NCBI GenBank assembly: GCA_049426725.1
Contig: JBMSYN010000012.1
Span: forward strand, 2,139 to 66,138
Reading direction: 5' to 3'
DNA: 64,000 bases
Origin: Candidatus Kapaibacteriota bacterium
GTDB taxonomy: Bacteria; Bacteroidota; Ignavibacteria; Kapaibacteriales; UBA961
Part shown: piece after piece, positions 9,213 to 19,996 of the stretch
Numbering within the stretch: the first letter of the stretch is position 1
Layout of the letters: each line of letters begins with the position of its first letter
The notes under the pieces: model-generated
Told to the model about the DNA's origin: nothing
The model's database searches: none
What the model saw: the letters and a program-made list of their open reading frames with translations, nothing else
Translations under genes and position numbers: made by a program

Positions 9213-10754
9213 ATGTACGCTTCATTATTTTCTGCTTCTGTTTTTGGGATTGGAGCATTTCGTGTTCATATAGAAACGCATCTTGAAAATGCCGTTCCCA
9301 TGTTTCTTATGGTAGGTCTTCCGGATTCTGCTGTGCGTGAGTCAAAAGAGCGAGTATCAGCCGCAATAAAAAATTCCAATCTTCCCTTTCCTTTGAAACG
9401 CATTACTGTGAATCTTGCTCCGGCAGATATTCGTAAGGAAGGAAGCGGTTTTGATTTACCGATTGCACTTGGAATTATATCGGCTATGGGATATTTGGAG
9501 CATGAGAAATTAGAAAATGCTTTGTTTATTGGGGAACTTGCTTTGGATGGCGAACTCAGACCAATTCACGGTGCATTGTCGATCGCATTGATGGCAAAAG
9601 AAGAGCAGATACAGCGCATTTATCTCCCAAAGGAAAATGCTGAGGAAGCAGGTCTTGTGCAAGGGATTGACATCATACCATTGCTATCCCTTCAAGAAGC
9701 AATTGCTGTTCTGAATAATGAGATTTCCATTGAACCCCATCAGTCTTCCATTGATGGATTATTTCACCAAAAGCAAGATCGTGGAATTGATTTATCTGAT
9801 ATCAAGGGGCAAGAACAAGTAAAGCGTGCGATGGAAGTATCTGCTGCCGGCGGGCATAATTTGATTATGGTTGGTCCGCCTGGAAGTGGGAAAACTATGA
9901 TAGCAAAAAGATTACCTGGCATTTTACCACCAATGACAATGGAAGAGGCATTGGAGACTACAAAAATTCATTCTGTTGCAGGGCAATTACCCAAAGGAGT
10001 TCCGCTTGTTACGATGCGGCCATTTAGAAGTCCACATCATACCATTTCCGATGCAGCGCTTGTGGGTGGTGGAATGGGCGTCATTAAAGCCGGTGAGATA
10101 TCTTTGGCTCATCATGGTGTTTTATTCCTTGATGAATTACCGGAATTTGCAAGAAATGTATTGGAAGTACTTAGACAACCACTCGAGGATAGATCAATAT
10201 CTATATCTCGAACAAAAATGAGTGTGGAATATCCTGCGAATTTTATGCTTCTTTGTTCCATGAATCCTTGTCCATGCGGACATTTTGGGAATCCCCATCA
10301 GCAATGTACATGCAGCACTCAGCAGATTCAGCGATATATGGGAAGAATTTCCGGTCCATTGCTTGATCGTATTGATATTCATGTTGATGTACCGGCAGTG
10401 CGCTATCGAGATATCTCTGATGCAAGAAAAGGTGAGTCAACAGAAGTTGTGAGAGAGCGTGTGATTCATGCGAGAGAAAAACAAAGAATGCGATTTTCAG
10501 AGCGAAAGGATCTATTCAAAAATGCAGACATGTTAAGTGCAGACATCCGACATTGGTGCTCGCTGAATGATGCATCATCGGAATTGTTAAATAAGGCAAT
10601 GAATTCTTTGGGTCTATCAGCGAGAGCTTATGACAGAATATTGAAAGTATCCAGAACCATTGCAGATCTCGCTGATTCTGTGGATATACAAGTTGAGCAT
10701 GTGAGTGAAGCTGTGCAATATCGAAGCTTGGACAGACAATTCTGGAATGGTTGA
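9213..10754 (+). CDS. comM: YifB/ComM Mg-chelatase-like AAA+ ATPase
   Basis: VGLPDSAVRES, NLAPADIRKEG, GPPGSGKT, PFRSPHH, LFLDELPEF and NPCPCG; start moved past the terminator to ATG 9213. Confidence 0.9.
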   Translation: MYASLFSASVFGIGAFRVHIETHLENAVPMFLMVGLPDSAVRESKERVSAAIKNSNLPFPLKRITVNLAPADIRKEGSGFDLPIALGIISAMGYLEHEKLENALFIGELALDGELRPIHGALSIALMAKEEQIQRIYLPKENAEEAGLVQGIDIIPLLSLQEAIAVLNNEISIEPHQSSIDGLFHQKQDRGIDLSDIKGQEQVKRAMEVSAAGGHNLIMVGPPGSGKTMIAKRLPGILPPMTMEEALETTKIHSVAGQLPKGVPLVTMRPFRSPHHTISDAALVGGGMGVIKAGEISLAHHGVLFLDELPEFARNVLEVLRQPLEDRSISISRTKMSVEYPANFMLLCSMNPCPCGHFGNPHQQCTCSTQQIQRYMGRISGPLLDRIDIHVDVPAVRYRDISDARKGESTEVVRERVIHAREKQRMRFSERKDLFKNADMLSADIRHWCSLNDASSELLNKAMNSLGLSARAYDRILKVSRTIADLADSVDIQVEHVSEAVQYRSLDRQFWNG

Positions 10755-10755
10755 A

Positions 10756-12783
10756 TCAATTGTCAATTTTGGTATCAACAATCACATCAACCGTTCTTGT
10801 ATACAATCTTCCCTCGGGATAGCGATCATCATATAAAGCACTATTTCCTTTTCCAAGTACAGTGGCTCTTTGTTTGACTTGCAATGCATTCGCTGTGGCA
10901 TCGGCTCTGCCTTGAGCAAGACGTTGATTTGCATCTGCATCACCCAAGCGATCGGTGAAACCGGTTATGGAAATAGTTGAGGTGGGTTTGACAAAACCTT
11001 TGATGAAATCAATTATTTGCGCATTTGCTTCTGTTATCTCACTGGAACGAACATCAAATAACACAAGTGAAAATGTATTTACCTCGCGATCTTGAACGCG
11101 ATTGATTTTCTTTTTATGCAAAGTGATTTGCTCAATTGGAATCACTCCTTCAATTTCAGCGGAATCTTGCAGAGGTGTTTTGGCTTTGAATCTAAACATG
11201 ATTGATGAATCATTGACCAATTCTTCACTCATTTCTTCGGCAATATGCCAATCAATGAATGGTGGCACCTTCTCTTCGCCAGTAAACCTTCTCAATTCTT
11301 TATTCTTTTGTCCGGCAGTCAATTGCCATACATCAACAGTATCAACCTCAATCTCCGGTCTGAATCGAACAATCGGCGGATTCATAGTGCGAATCGTATC
11401 AAGCGTAATGATTGGAGAAATGATATATGGTTCATTCGTTGTTATCTCCACTCTTCGATTCTCTTGAGCTCCCATCACTGTTTGCGTATTCGCCGATTTT
11501 TCAGGTAGATTTCTGTTTTTGAGGAGAATCCTTTCATCTCCAATCTTCCAAACACTGGACAAATATGTTTTTACCGATTCCGCACGTCTCAATGACAATG
11601 CTTTATCTCCTTTTTCTTTTTGAATATCTGCATTGCATCCTGTGAGTGTTATTGTGGAATTTGGTTTTTCTGTCATGCGTTTTCCGATGATGTTCAGAAT
11701 ATGCAAATACGTTTCAACATGATTTGGAGTATGGATAAAGTCTATGTCGAAAAGAGGTGTATCTTCAGATGCAAGTCGAGCATATCGTTGTGGTATCTGA
11801 TCTTCGCCTTCTTCAAAGAACACAAAATTCAGAAGTGGTGTCATGGTAAGTGATGAATATTCTTGAATGATGATATTGACGATATTCTCTTCTTTGGACT
11901 GTTCATTTACACTATATGCGGCAAGTTTTGCATTGAGTCTGCGAGGAGCAAACGGTTTGATTGTATCAATCTCTATTGTTGGTAGAGGAGTTATCGGAAT
12001 TTCCATCAACCGTGCAGGACTTATTGATGTATAAGCCAGCATGATGCCTGCTCGCAATGCATTCAATGAAAGTGATTCATTAGTATTTGCAAATTCTATT
12101 GGTTGATTGAGTAAATGAATGTATGAGATCTCCGGAATCAATGAGATTGATTCGCTCAATGTAAAATCATAGAATATCCCAATTGAAGGACCATATATGA
12201 ATGAGGTTGGTGAAAATATGCTCGTTTTTTCATTGCGAATTGTACTCTTTGTGTCTGAAAACACAAGACCTTTAGGGTAAATCAATTCTTCTTTTCCATT
12301 TCCTTCTGCTTCGGATTGCAAACGCATGGTAAATCCTCCGCGAATCCCCAATCCTGCATCCAAGGGTTTCCAAGTGATGGATGGTGTGATGCTTATTGAA
12401 GGAATGCTGAATGACATTGTGAATTGAGATTGTGCTTCAACGATGTCATAACCCGAGCCATTGAAAGACAATGCATTACCAATGATATTGACAGCTGAAA
12501 ACTCAGCGTGAGATTTCACATAATCAACTGAAATATCCATTCCAACTGATGTATTCATTGCATATCGAATTGATGCTCCAAAGAATGGATCATATAATGA
12601 TGAGCTTCCATCAAACCCTTTGCAACAATTTTCAAGTCCTGGCAGAGCTTGGAAAACTCCATTGCTTTGAGTTCTTTGCATTCCACCAAATAGTCCATAG
12701 GACCAAGGAGAGCGATCAATTTGAGCAAAAGATGCAGCATTGAAGAAACACATCAATGCAAGGAAATTCAAAATCCTATTCAT
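10756..12783 (-). CDS. OmpA-family outer-membrane protein (N-terminal beta-barrel, two OmpA-like domains)
   Basis: Signal peptide; LSLRRAESVK...NRRVEI and GFTDRLG...NQRLAQGRA peptidoglycan-binding motifs. Confidence 0.8.
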   Translation of the reverse strand: MNRILNFLALMCFFNAASFAQIDRSPWSYGLFGGMQRTQSNGVFQALPGLENCCKGFDGSSSLYDPFFGASIRYAMNTSVGMDISVDYVKSHAEFSAVNIIGNALSFNGSGYDIVEAQSQFTMSFSIPSISITPSITWKPLDAGLGIRGGFTMRLQSEAEGNGKEELIYPKGLVFSDTKSTIRNEKTSIFSPTSFIYGPSIGIFYDFTLSESISLIPEISYIHLLNQPIEFANTNESLSLNALRAGIMLAYTSISPARLMEIPITPLPTIEIDTIKPFAPRRLNAKLAAYSVNEQSKEENIVNIIIQEYSSLTMTPLLNFVFFEEGEDQIPQRYARLASEDTPLFDIDFIHTPNHVETYLHILNIIGKRMTEKPNSTITLTGCNADIQKEKGDKALSLRRAESVKTYLSSVWKIGDERILLKNRNLPEKSANTQTVMGAQENRRVEITTNEPYIISPIITLDTIRTMNPPIVRFRPEIEVDTVDVWQLTAGQKNKELRRFTGEEKVPPFIDWHIAEEMSEELVNDSSIMFRFKAKTPLQDSAEIEGVIPIEQITLHKKKINRVQDREVNTFSLVLFDVRSSEITEANAQIIDFIKGFVKPTSTISITGFTDRLGDADANQRLAQGRADATANALQVKQRATVLGKGNSALYDDRYPEGRLYTRTVDVIVDTKIDN

Positions 12784-12792
12784 GATCTATTC

Positions 12793-15700
12793 CTATCGAA
12801 TGATGATGCATTGTTGTGAATCTCTACCATATCGCGATTGCAGTATAAGTCTGTACATTCCTGCCGGAAAATCGGAATCAAAAACAAATGTTGCATGTTC
12901 GGGCATTGACATGTTTTGGGTTTGTTCATTCCATATCTTCATATCGACAATTGACCCTTTTGCATCAAACAATGTGAGTGTGACTTCTTCACCATGAAAT
13001 CGAATTGCATGTGCTGTGAATATGTCTTGAGCAGGAATAGGTTGTATGGACTGGAGGAATGGCATGCCCGAGAAATCGAACATGCGAATCGAAGAATCAG
13101 ACAATCTACAGAGTGAATCCAATTCAAAAACTCCATTTGCCGTATTCGATGTCAATCGAGAGCATGCCCAATTCAATGAATCGACTTTGATGATTGTTTT
13201 TCCTGGATCACCCATGATTGCAGCACCGGTAATCATAAGTAATGTATCACCCGATTGAAATGCAGGTGGATTGTCAATGATGATTTGAAGTGTTCGCAAT
13301 CTTCCATTCACACTATTCTTTACTATTCTACCACGACTGATTGTTGGATTTGGATCAAAGACCCATGGATCATAGTGCACTTGCAATGCAATAGATTGAG
13401 GAGGACAAGCAAGTGATACTGGATAGCGTTCAATCACAACTGGAATATTTGCTTTCTTTTCAAGCGGATGCGCTTTTGTATACGGTATCGTGAGCATGAC
13501 AGGATATACTGCATTATCATATTCAACCGAAACGCCTTTTGTAACCGAGCATCCATTCGCATCGATTGCAGTAAGCACATATTCTCTGCTTCTTGTGGTA
13601 ATGCAGATGGTTTTTGCAATTGTACTGTCTTGTAATTCAAGAGGTTTCAAACCATCAAGATCGCGCCATTCATATACATATGAAGGTTTTCCTCCATTTG
13701 CTTCACCTCCGATGATGACAGAATCACATGGACAAACAAAAACGCGATCGGGGAATGACAAATCAGGTCCATTCACCTTGACTGTTTTTTGTACTGAAAT
13801 TGAACATCCTGCTGAATCCGTCAATGTTGATCCAAGCACAAAGTCTTTATCAAAACCAGCAATCGTAAATATTGTGTCAGAATTTTGAATCGGCAAATTG
13901 TCAATTGTCCAATCTACTTTATATGGTGGCGTGCCACCTGAAGTCTGTAAAGTTGCTGTGATCGACCCACCTTTGCACATCAGCGAATCAACATTCATAT
14001 TCAATTTCAATTGTGGTCGAACATTGATCACCATGAATGCAGTCGTGGATTTTCCTCCATCATCGGTAACTGTCAAAGAATACACAGTTGAGGTATCCGG
14101 TGAGAAGCGTGGATTATACACTGTTGGATTGTCAACTCCTGCAGTGGGACTCCACTGATACGTGAATGGTGCTTTACCACATGTTGCTTCTTCTCCGCGC
14201 GGTGGAGTAACATCCCCATAACAAATGGTTGTATCTGATGCAGGTCGTGGATTCGGCACGGGTTCAACACAGACAGAAATTGTATCCATTGCAGAACAAC
14301 CTCTCGCATCCGTCACTATAACGCTGTACAATGTACTCAACAATGGATTTACGGTAATTGTTGAACTTGATGTTTTCAATCCAATCGGAATCCATTCATA
14401 GGAATATGGAGGTGTACCGCTTGTGACATTAACTTTGAAACCGACACTGTCTCCACGGCAAATACAATACGAATTGCTATACAATCTATCTATCTTGAGT
14501 GACATCGATTTTTCAGTTTCGAACACTACTGTATCCATTCCCATGCATCCTGAAGAAGTATATGCTGTCAATGTATATGTCATGGAAAATGTGCTATCCG
14601 GAAACGTCACCAAAGGTCGTGCATCATAGGGATTATCTAAAAATGTGGAAGGCGTCCACTCATATCGCAATGTATCGCTTGGATCAGCAATGACTGTTGG
14701 TGTAAAGCGGAATGGAGCGACGGGACTACAAATGTATTGAGATCTTCCTGCATCGACTTTAGGGCATGGATTCAATGTATAGAAAACAGTATCGCTTCTT
14801 GATACATTTTGTCCATCCGTAACAGTCAACACATAACCATATGTCTTTTTCATTGTGGGATTTTCATTCACTTTAACTGTCACCGGAACTGAGTTCAATG
14901 CACTGAGTGCAGAGAGCGGAGCATTATTGAGAGCAGACCACCGATATGTAAAGGGAATGACACCACATCGTGCTGCAATTCCGATTTCTCCTCCTTTTTG
15001 ATCGCATACACATTCCGTGATGTCTTGTCCTGCATTTGCATCCGGTATCAATCGAACATCAACGAATATTGTGTCCATACTAAAGCAATCATTTGAGTCC
15101 GTGACCATCAATTCATAATTACCGGGCATTGTTGGATGTATGAGTGCTTTTGCCTGATTTTGGTTCACGATATTTGCATTGCCGGGGGTCAATCTTCTCC
15201 ATTGATATCGAAATGGCGGTGTTCCACCTTTGACTGATGCATTATTTCCAATTTCAATTGTATCTCCGATGCACAATACTCGAGCATCACTTCCTGCATT
15301 GAGAATTGGTGAGTCTGCAATGCGAATTGAATATGTATATGTTGCCGTACAGCCAAGTTCATCTTTTACATTCACGGAATATGTATGAATACCGGGATCA
15401 GATCTCTTTACGGTGAGTGTCGAGGAAAAAACAGAACCAATCACCCCATCCATTGGTGTCCAGCTATAAGTCAATGAACCGGAACTGCTGTTGACATTTG
15501 GGGTAATCCTGATCACATCTCCTTTGCAACCAAGAATCATGGATTGCGGTTGGATTACGGGTAATGCCCGAACGGTCAATGTCATTGTGTCGCGCTTTTC
15601 ACATCCAAGAGCATCTCTAACCCACACTGAAAATCTATATTGTCCGGGGTTCAATGGTTTTGGGTTGATTATTGCAGTATCTCTATTTCCATCGATGGTA

Positions 15701-16791
15701 TTGCCATCAAGTGAAGACCACAAATATGTTAGGGCTCCTTGCGCGCCTTGCACCGAAACAGGTATGGCAATTGATGTTTGAGCGCAAATGATTGAATCTT
15801 TCAGATTCACTTCGAGCGGATTCTCAACTTTCACTGTCGTATTCAGCGTATCAATCAAAATACCCGAAGACCTACGAATGATTAATTGAACAGGATAGGT
15901 ACCTGTGATTGGTCTTGAGAACTGTACTATTTTTCCGGTTTTGGTTTCACCGGGAAGATTCCATGTCCAGGAAATCACATTGGCAGAATCAGATGTATAT
16001 CCTATCAGAGAGGCAGATTGATTTGGGCAAAGTGTTCCTCGCGGACTCAGCCCTTCAACGGATATTCTGGATGTGCTTTTATGTCCGAAAGATACGATGT
16101 CATGATTTGCAAAAGCACCCCCGGTAGATGAAGTAAATCCAAGCCATGCAGTTTGATTATCCAAATCGAGTAGTGAATCTAGTTTGACATAAGCCGTGAT
16201 TTTTGGTGTATTGAAGTCATCGAGATAGACTTTCATGATATTGTTGACATAATCAATGCGCATAACATGAACAGCTCCATCTTCCAGAAGTGGAATATTT
16301 CTTGAAGTACCCAATGTGATCGAATGATCGGGACTATTTGCATTCTTCCCGCGTGTTTGAATGCCTATGTGATTGTCATTGGGGTCCCTATACTCGGAAT
16401 TGGGATAGGTGTCAAATTCTATTGCAAGACTATTCGGTATTCCCATATACCCGATGCCTCCACCAAATACTCCGATTGCACTCGCACTATTGTTTTGAAT
16501 CACGAATGCAATGCCATCGGCTCCTGAATTGCCCGGCTGTGTAATCTGAAATCCAATCTGAATTGAAAAATCTCGTGCAACATTTCTTTTCTCTTTCAGC
16601 CATATTCCACCACCTTGATTATATGTTGCATCAGTGAGGCGAATGCGTTTGTTGAATAGTTTTGCTTTTCCAACAAAGTGGAACATGGAGGGATCAGTGA
16701 ATTCACTGATATACAAATCTCCCTGGGCATGCAGTATAGTTGTTGCGAACAATATGCAGTAAAGTAGTGTCAGATAGCGAATCATAGGCAT
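12793..16791 (-). CDS. Large surface protein: L-type (legume) lectin domain, PKD/SprB-like Ig repeats, T9SS-like CTD
   Basis: GADGIAFV, LAIEFDTY and GFTSSTG lectin motifs; repeated GxxPYxYxW / VTDxxGC units; IQPIPA...GMY C-terminus. Confidence 0.8.
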   Translation of the reverse strand: MPMIRYLTLLYCILFATTILHAQGDLYISEFTDPSMFHFVGKAKLFNKRIRLTDATYNQGGGIWLKEKRNVARDFSIQIGFQITQPGNSGADGIAFVIQNNSASAIGVFGGGIGYMGIPNSLAIEFDTYPNSEYRDPNDNHIGIQTRGKNANSPDHSITLGTSRNIPLLEDGAVHVMRIDYVNNIMKVYLDDFNTPKITAYVKLDSLLDLDNQTAWLGFTSSTGGAFANHDIVSFGHKSTSRISVEGLSPRGTLCPNQSASLIGYTSDSANVISWTWNLPGETKTGKIVQFSRPITGTYPVQLIIRRSSGILIDTLNTTVKVENPLEVNLKDSIICAQTSIAIPVSVQGAQGALTYLWSSLDGNTIDGNRDTAIINPKPLNPGQYRFSVWVRDALGCEKRDTMTLTVRALPVIQPQSMILGCKGDVIRITPNVNSSSGSLTYSWTPMDGVIGSVFSSTLTVKRSDPGIHTYSVNVKDELGCTATYTYSIRIADSPILNAGSDARVLCIGDTIEIGNNASVKGGTPPFRYQWRRLTPGNANIVNQNQAKALIHPTMPGNYELMVTDSNDCFSMDTIFVDVRLIPDANAGQDITECVCDQKGGEIGIAARCGVIPFTYRWSALNNAPLSALSALNSVPVTVKVNENPTMKKTYGYVLTVTDGQNVSRSDTVFYTLNPCPKVDAGRSQYICSPVAPFRFTPTVIADPSDTLRYEWTPSTFLDNPYDARPLVTFPDSTFSMTYTLTAYTSSGCMGMDTVVFETEKSMSLKIDRLYSNSYCICRGDSVGFKVNVTSGTPPYSYEWIPIGLKTSSSTITVNPLLSTLYSVIVTDARGCSAMDTISVCVEPVPNPRPASDTTICYGDVTPPRGEEATCGKAPFTYQWSPTAGVDNPTVYNPRFSPDTSTVYSLTVTDDGGKSTTAFMVINVRPQLKLNMNVDSLMCKGGSITATLQTSGGTPPYKVDWTIDNLPIQNSDTIFTIAGFDKDFVLGSTLTDSAGCSISVQKTVKVNGPDLSFPDRVFVCPCDSVIIGGEANGGKPSYVYEWRDLDGLKPLELQDSTIAKTICITTRSREYVLTAIDANGCSVTKGVSVEYDNAVYPVMLTIPYTKAHPLEKKANIPVVIERYPVSLACPPQSIALQVHYDPWVFDPNPTISRGRIVKNSVNGRLRTLQIIIDNPPAFQSGDTLLMITGAAIMGDPGKTIIKVDSLNWACSRLTSNTANGVFELDSLCRLSDSSIRMFDFSGMPFLQSIQPIPAQDIFTAHAIRFHGEEVTLTLFDAKGSIVDMKIWNEQTQNMSMPEHATFVFDSDFPAGMYRLILQSRYGRDSQQCIIIR

Positions 16792-16838
16792 TACATGAGA
16801 TTTATAATCATCACAAAATACAAATCAATCAATGAAGT

Positions 16839-17459
16839 TTAGTTGAATTCCTTTTCTATAATGGTGATTCTTCCGGGATATGTCATATTCCCCAGGAATG
16901 TTTCAATCACGGGTTTGGCATCCAATGTGACAGACACTTGACTTGACCCCGGATTTGCCAAGGCAAATGCCAATTTTGCCATACCGGCATAACCCCTCTC
17001 CTCAAATACAGAAAAGAGATTGAATTCTGTGGTGATTGGAATGGTTACTATTTCCCCACCTGCCGGCAATGTGATAGGTCCTTTAATAATCCCCGATAGA
17101 GTAGGAACATCATCTATCAATAATCTCCATTCCATCGATTGAAGCGTGGCAATTCCACTCATTGACATGCCATTTCCTTTTACGGTTTCATTCGGATTTC
17201 TTGCTTCCACATTCACGGTCAAAGATAGTGGAAGAGATCTACCTGCCACTTTTCCTGCAAGCGACATGGTTTCACCGACGGAAAAGTCTGTGACTTTTTG
17301 TTTTCCCATTACACTTACTCCTCCAATTGAAATACCACTGAGTGATCCAATTCTAAACTGAACCTGTTTCATGGAAGACAAATTTTGAAGGATGGAGCAT
17401 CCTTGAAATACCATGATCAATACACATGCGATACCAATAGAATAAAGAGATCTCTTCAT
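16839..17459 (-). CDS. LEA-2/WHy-like lipoprotein
   Basis: Lipobox FQGC, NPN motif and beta-rich fold. Confidence 0.55.
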   Translation of the reverse strand: MKRSLYSIGIACVLIMVFQGCSILQNLSSMKQVQFRIGSLSGISIGGVSVMGKQKVTDFSVGETMSLAGKVAGRSLPLSLTVNVEARNPNETVKGNGMSMSGIATLQSMEWRLLIDDVPTLSGIIKGPITLPAGGEIVTIPITTEFNLFSVFEERGYAGMAKLAFALANPGSSQVSVTLDAKPVIETFLGNMTYPGRITIIEKEFN

Positions 17460-17585
17460 GAATATTACCTTTTGTTTACATCTCGCTGATTAACAAATAT
17501 TTACATGAATCAACCAAGCGAATTCAGTTGATTGCACTCAAATTAACATTAAATCAGCACAACTTTTGCAAAGAAGGATTGAACA

Positions 17586-18758
17586 ATGGAACATAATCTT
17601 CTGATACTCTTGATTGTGATTTGTATTTCATTACTATTACTTCTGTTCAACACACTAAGAAATGCCATCCTTTTTCATCATGTGAAAAAAATCGATGAAA
17701 AGCTCGAAGAAATGCCGATGATCAGCATTCTTGTTCCGGCAAGAAATGAAGAAGACACAATTGAAGCTTGCATACGATCTTTATGCGAACAAGATTATGA
17801 CAATTATGAAGTGATTGTACTCAATGATCATTCTCAAGATGCAACAGGTGACATCTTACATCAATTACAATCCGAATATTGTGATCGACTATCTGTTATT
17901 GAGGGCACACTTCTTCCAAGTCATTGGATAGGAAAACCACATGCATGCCATCAATTGTCTTTGAAGGCAAGTGGAGAATATATACTGTTCACTGATGCAG
18001 ACACCATACATGATAGACATAGCATTTCTTCACTTATTACTTATGCACAAAAGCATCAGATAGATATGTTGAGTGCCGTACCCAAACAGCAATTGCATTT
18101 ATTCTGGGAGCATGTTGCGGTACCTTTCATTCATACACTGTATTTGACTTATCTTCCTCATGATTTGATCATGAACAATCCAAATCCACAATTTGCTGCA
18201 GCGAATGGACAAGCTTTATTGTTCAAGAGAGAGTCATATCTAGAAATTGGAGGTCACACTTCAGTGTCATCAAGCATCGCCGAAGATATTGATCTCGCAA
18301 TTCGCATGAAGTCATTTGGTAAACGGTTATGCCATTCTTCTGCATTAGAAATCATTTCCTGCAGAATGTATAGAACTTCACGAGATGTATTCACAGGATT
18401 CTCAAAGAATGCATTTGCCACAATGCATTTCGATATCTATAAGCTGCTCTTCTTTGTCACCCACCTTTTCTTCACCTATGTATTCCCTTTCATTGCATTG
18501 ATAATTGGAATCGTATTCAATGAATCATTGATCATGATATTTAGTGGGACATCCATTCTTCTGGGAATGTCATTGAGAACCATCATTGCCATGTATTTTG
18601 GTTATCCCATGTGGCATGCCTTTTTGCATGGATTGACAGCATTCACCTTTATCGTTTTTGCCATCAATTCAGCCATTTGGAGCATGAAGAAAAATGGTAC
18701 GGAATGGAAAGGAAGAACATACTCACTTTCAAAACAAGCAAAACCGATTATTTCATAA
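17586..18758 (+). CDS. GT2 glycosyltransferase, carotenoid glycosyltransferase (CruC/CrtQ)-like
   Basis: VPARNEE, DHSQD, WIGKPHAC, FTDAD, ANGQ and ED motifs; C-terminal TMs ending WKGR. Confidence 0.7.
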   Translation: MEHNLLILLIVICISLLLLLFNTLRNAILFHHVKKIDEKLEEMPMISILVPARNEEDTIEACIRSLCEQDYDNYEVIVLNDHSQDATGDILHQLQSEYCDRLSVIEGTLLPSHWIGKPHACHQLSLKASGEYILFTDADTIHDRHSISSLITYAQKHQIDMLSAVPKQQLHLFWEHVAVPFIHTLYLTYLPHDLIMNNPNPQFAAANGQALLFKRESYLEIGGHTSVSSSIAEDIDLAIRMKSFGKRLCHSSALEIISCRMYRTSRDVFTGFSKNAFATMHFDIYKLLFFVTHLFFTYVFPFIALIIGIVFNESLIMIFSGTSILLGMSLRTIIAMYFGYPMWHAFLHGLTAFTFIVFAINSAIWSMKKNGTEWKGRTYSLSKQAKPIIS

Positions 18759-18776
18759 GTCCATGAGGAATCAACA

Positions 18777-19019
18777 ATGAGAACAATACCTTTCTATGTT
18801 CACGGCATCATGTGGTTAACATTTTTAATCATTGGATGTATACAACTTGCGAAAGCACAAATGATCTCTGCTTCAGGAGCGATGGGAATGGGTATAGTAT
18901 TTTACAGATATTGCTTGTTTCACGTACAACAATTTCAATGGAGATGGCTCAAACCTATTCTCCTTGTGCAGATCTGTGTTTCGATCGTTCTTTGGTTCTT
19001 GGCATTATATGTTTTTTGA
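18777..19019 (+). CDS. Small hypothetical membrane protein
   Basis: GAGGA SD, 2-3 hydrophobic segments, fills the gap after the GT gene. Confidence 0.5.
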   Translation: MRTIPFYVHGIMWLTFLIIGCIQLAKAQMISASGAMGMGIVFYRYCLFHVQQFQWRWLKPILLVQICVSIVLWFLALYVF

Positions 19020-19025
19020 TTGAGC

Positions 19026-19985
19026 TCATTGCTCTCCCAATGCCTTCTCAATGCGATTGAACAATGCAGATTTGGATGCTCTATCTTCAATCGGAAATAA
19101 AATGATAATATCTTTTACACCTTTGATGTCAGCAGAACGAAGAATATCATAGTAGGTGTGCTCTTTGAGTGGAAAGATATCACCAAATTGTGTTGACACA
19201 TGCATGGACAATTTCATTGCATGGGGAAATCTTCTTTGTAATCCATCAAATTCTTCGTGCGTGGAACACATATGCAAATGTGCCTTTGGCGAATAATGTC
19301 GATATTTCATTCCGGGTGATTGAATGTTCTTTTCGCCTTTACTCACTATTTCCACTTTCTTCTTTAGCACTTCTTCTATTTGTTCGGCGGTAATCATTCC
19401 AGGTCGTAGAATCATTGGACCTGGACTCACCCGAATGACTGTTGATTCAATGCCAACCGTGCATTGTCCGCCATCAAGAACAGCATCTATCTTTCCATCA
19501 AGATCTTCCAGAACATGATATGCATTTGTTGGGCTGGGCCTTCCTGAAATATTTGCTGATGGCGCACAAAGTGGACCACTCAGTTTCAGCAATTGCAATG
19601 CTATGGCATGATTGGGCATGCGAATGGCAATAGTATCCAAACCACCTGTGGCTTCTCTTGGTATTGTTGCTTTTGCGGGCAATACAATAGTCAATGGTCC
19701 GGGAAAAAAAGCTGCTGCCAATTTCTTTGCATCTTCCGGAATCTCTGCTGCTAGCAATTCCAATTCATCTATTGAACAAACATGTGCAATCAATGGATTA
19801 TCTATAGGGCGACCCTTTGCCTGAAACACTTTCTTCAATGCTTCGGGATTGAACACTGATGCTCCAAGACCATACACAGTCTCAGTTGGAAAGGCAACCA
19901 ATTTTCCATCTTTCAACATTGCTGCGGCCTTCTGAATATCTTCTTCAGAATTGCCGAATAATCGAAGTGTTGTGAGTTCACTCAT
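19026..19985 (-). CDS. sua5: L-threonylcarbamoyladenylate synthase (Sua5-type TsaC)
   Basis: AFPTETVYGLGA, KGRP..NPLI, APSANISG and PGMKYRHYSP. Confidence 0.93.
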   Translation of the reverse strand: MSELTTLRLFGNSEEDIQKAAAMLKDGKLVAFPTETVYGLGASVFNPEALKKVFQAKGRPIDNPLIAHVCSIDELELLAAEIPEDAKKLAAAFFPGPLTIVLPAKATIPREATGGLDTIAIRMPNHAIALQLLKLSGPLCAPSANISGRPSPTNAYHVLEDLDGKIDAVLDGGQCTVGIESTVIRVSPGPMILRPGMITAEQIEEVLKKKVEIVSKGEKNIQSPGMKYRHYSPKAHLHMCSTHEEFDGLQRRFPHAMKLSMHVSTQFGDIFPLKEHTYYDILRSADIKGVKDIIILFPIEDRASKSALFNRIEKALGEQ

Positions 19986-19996
19986 TCTGAATGCCT

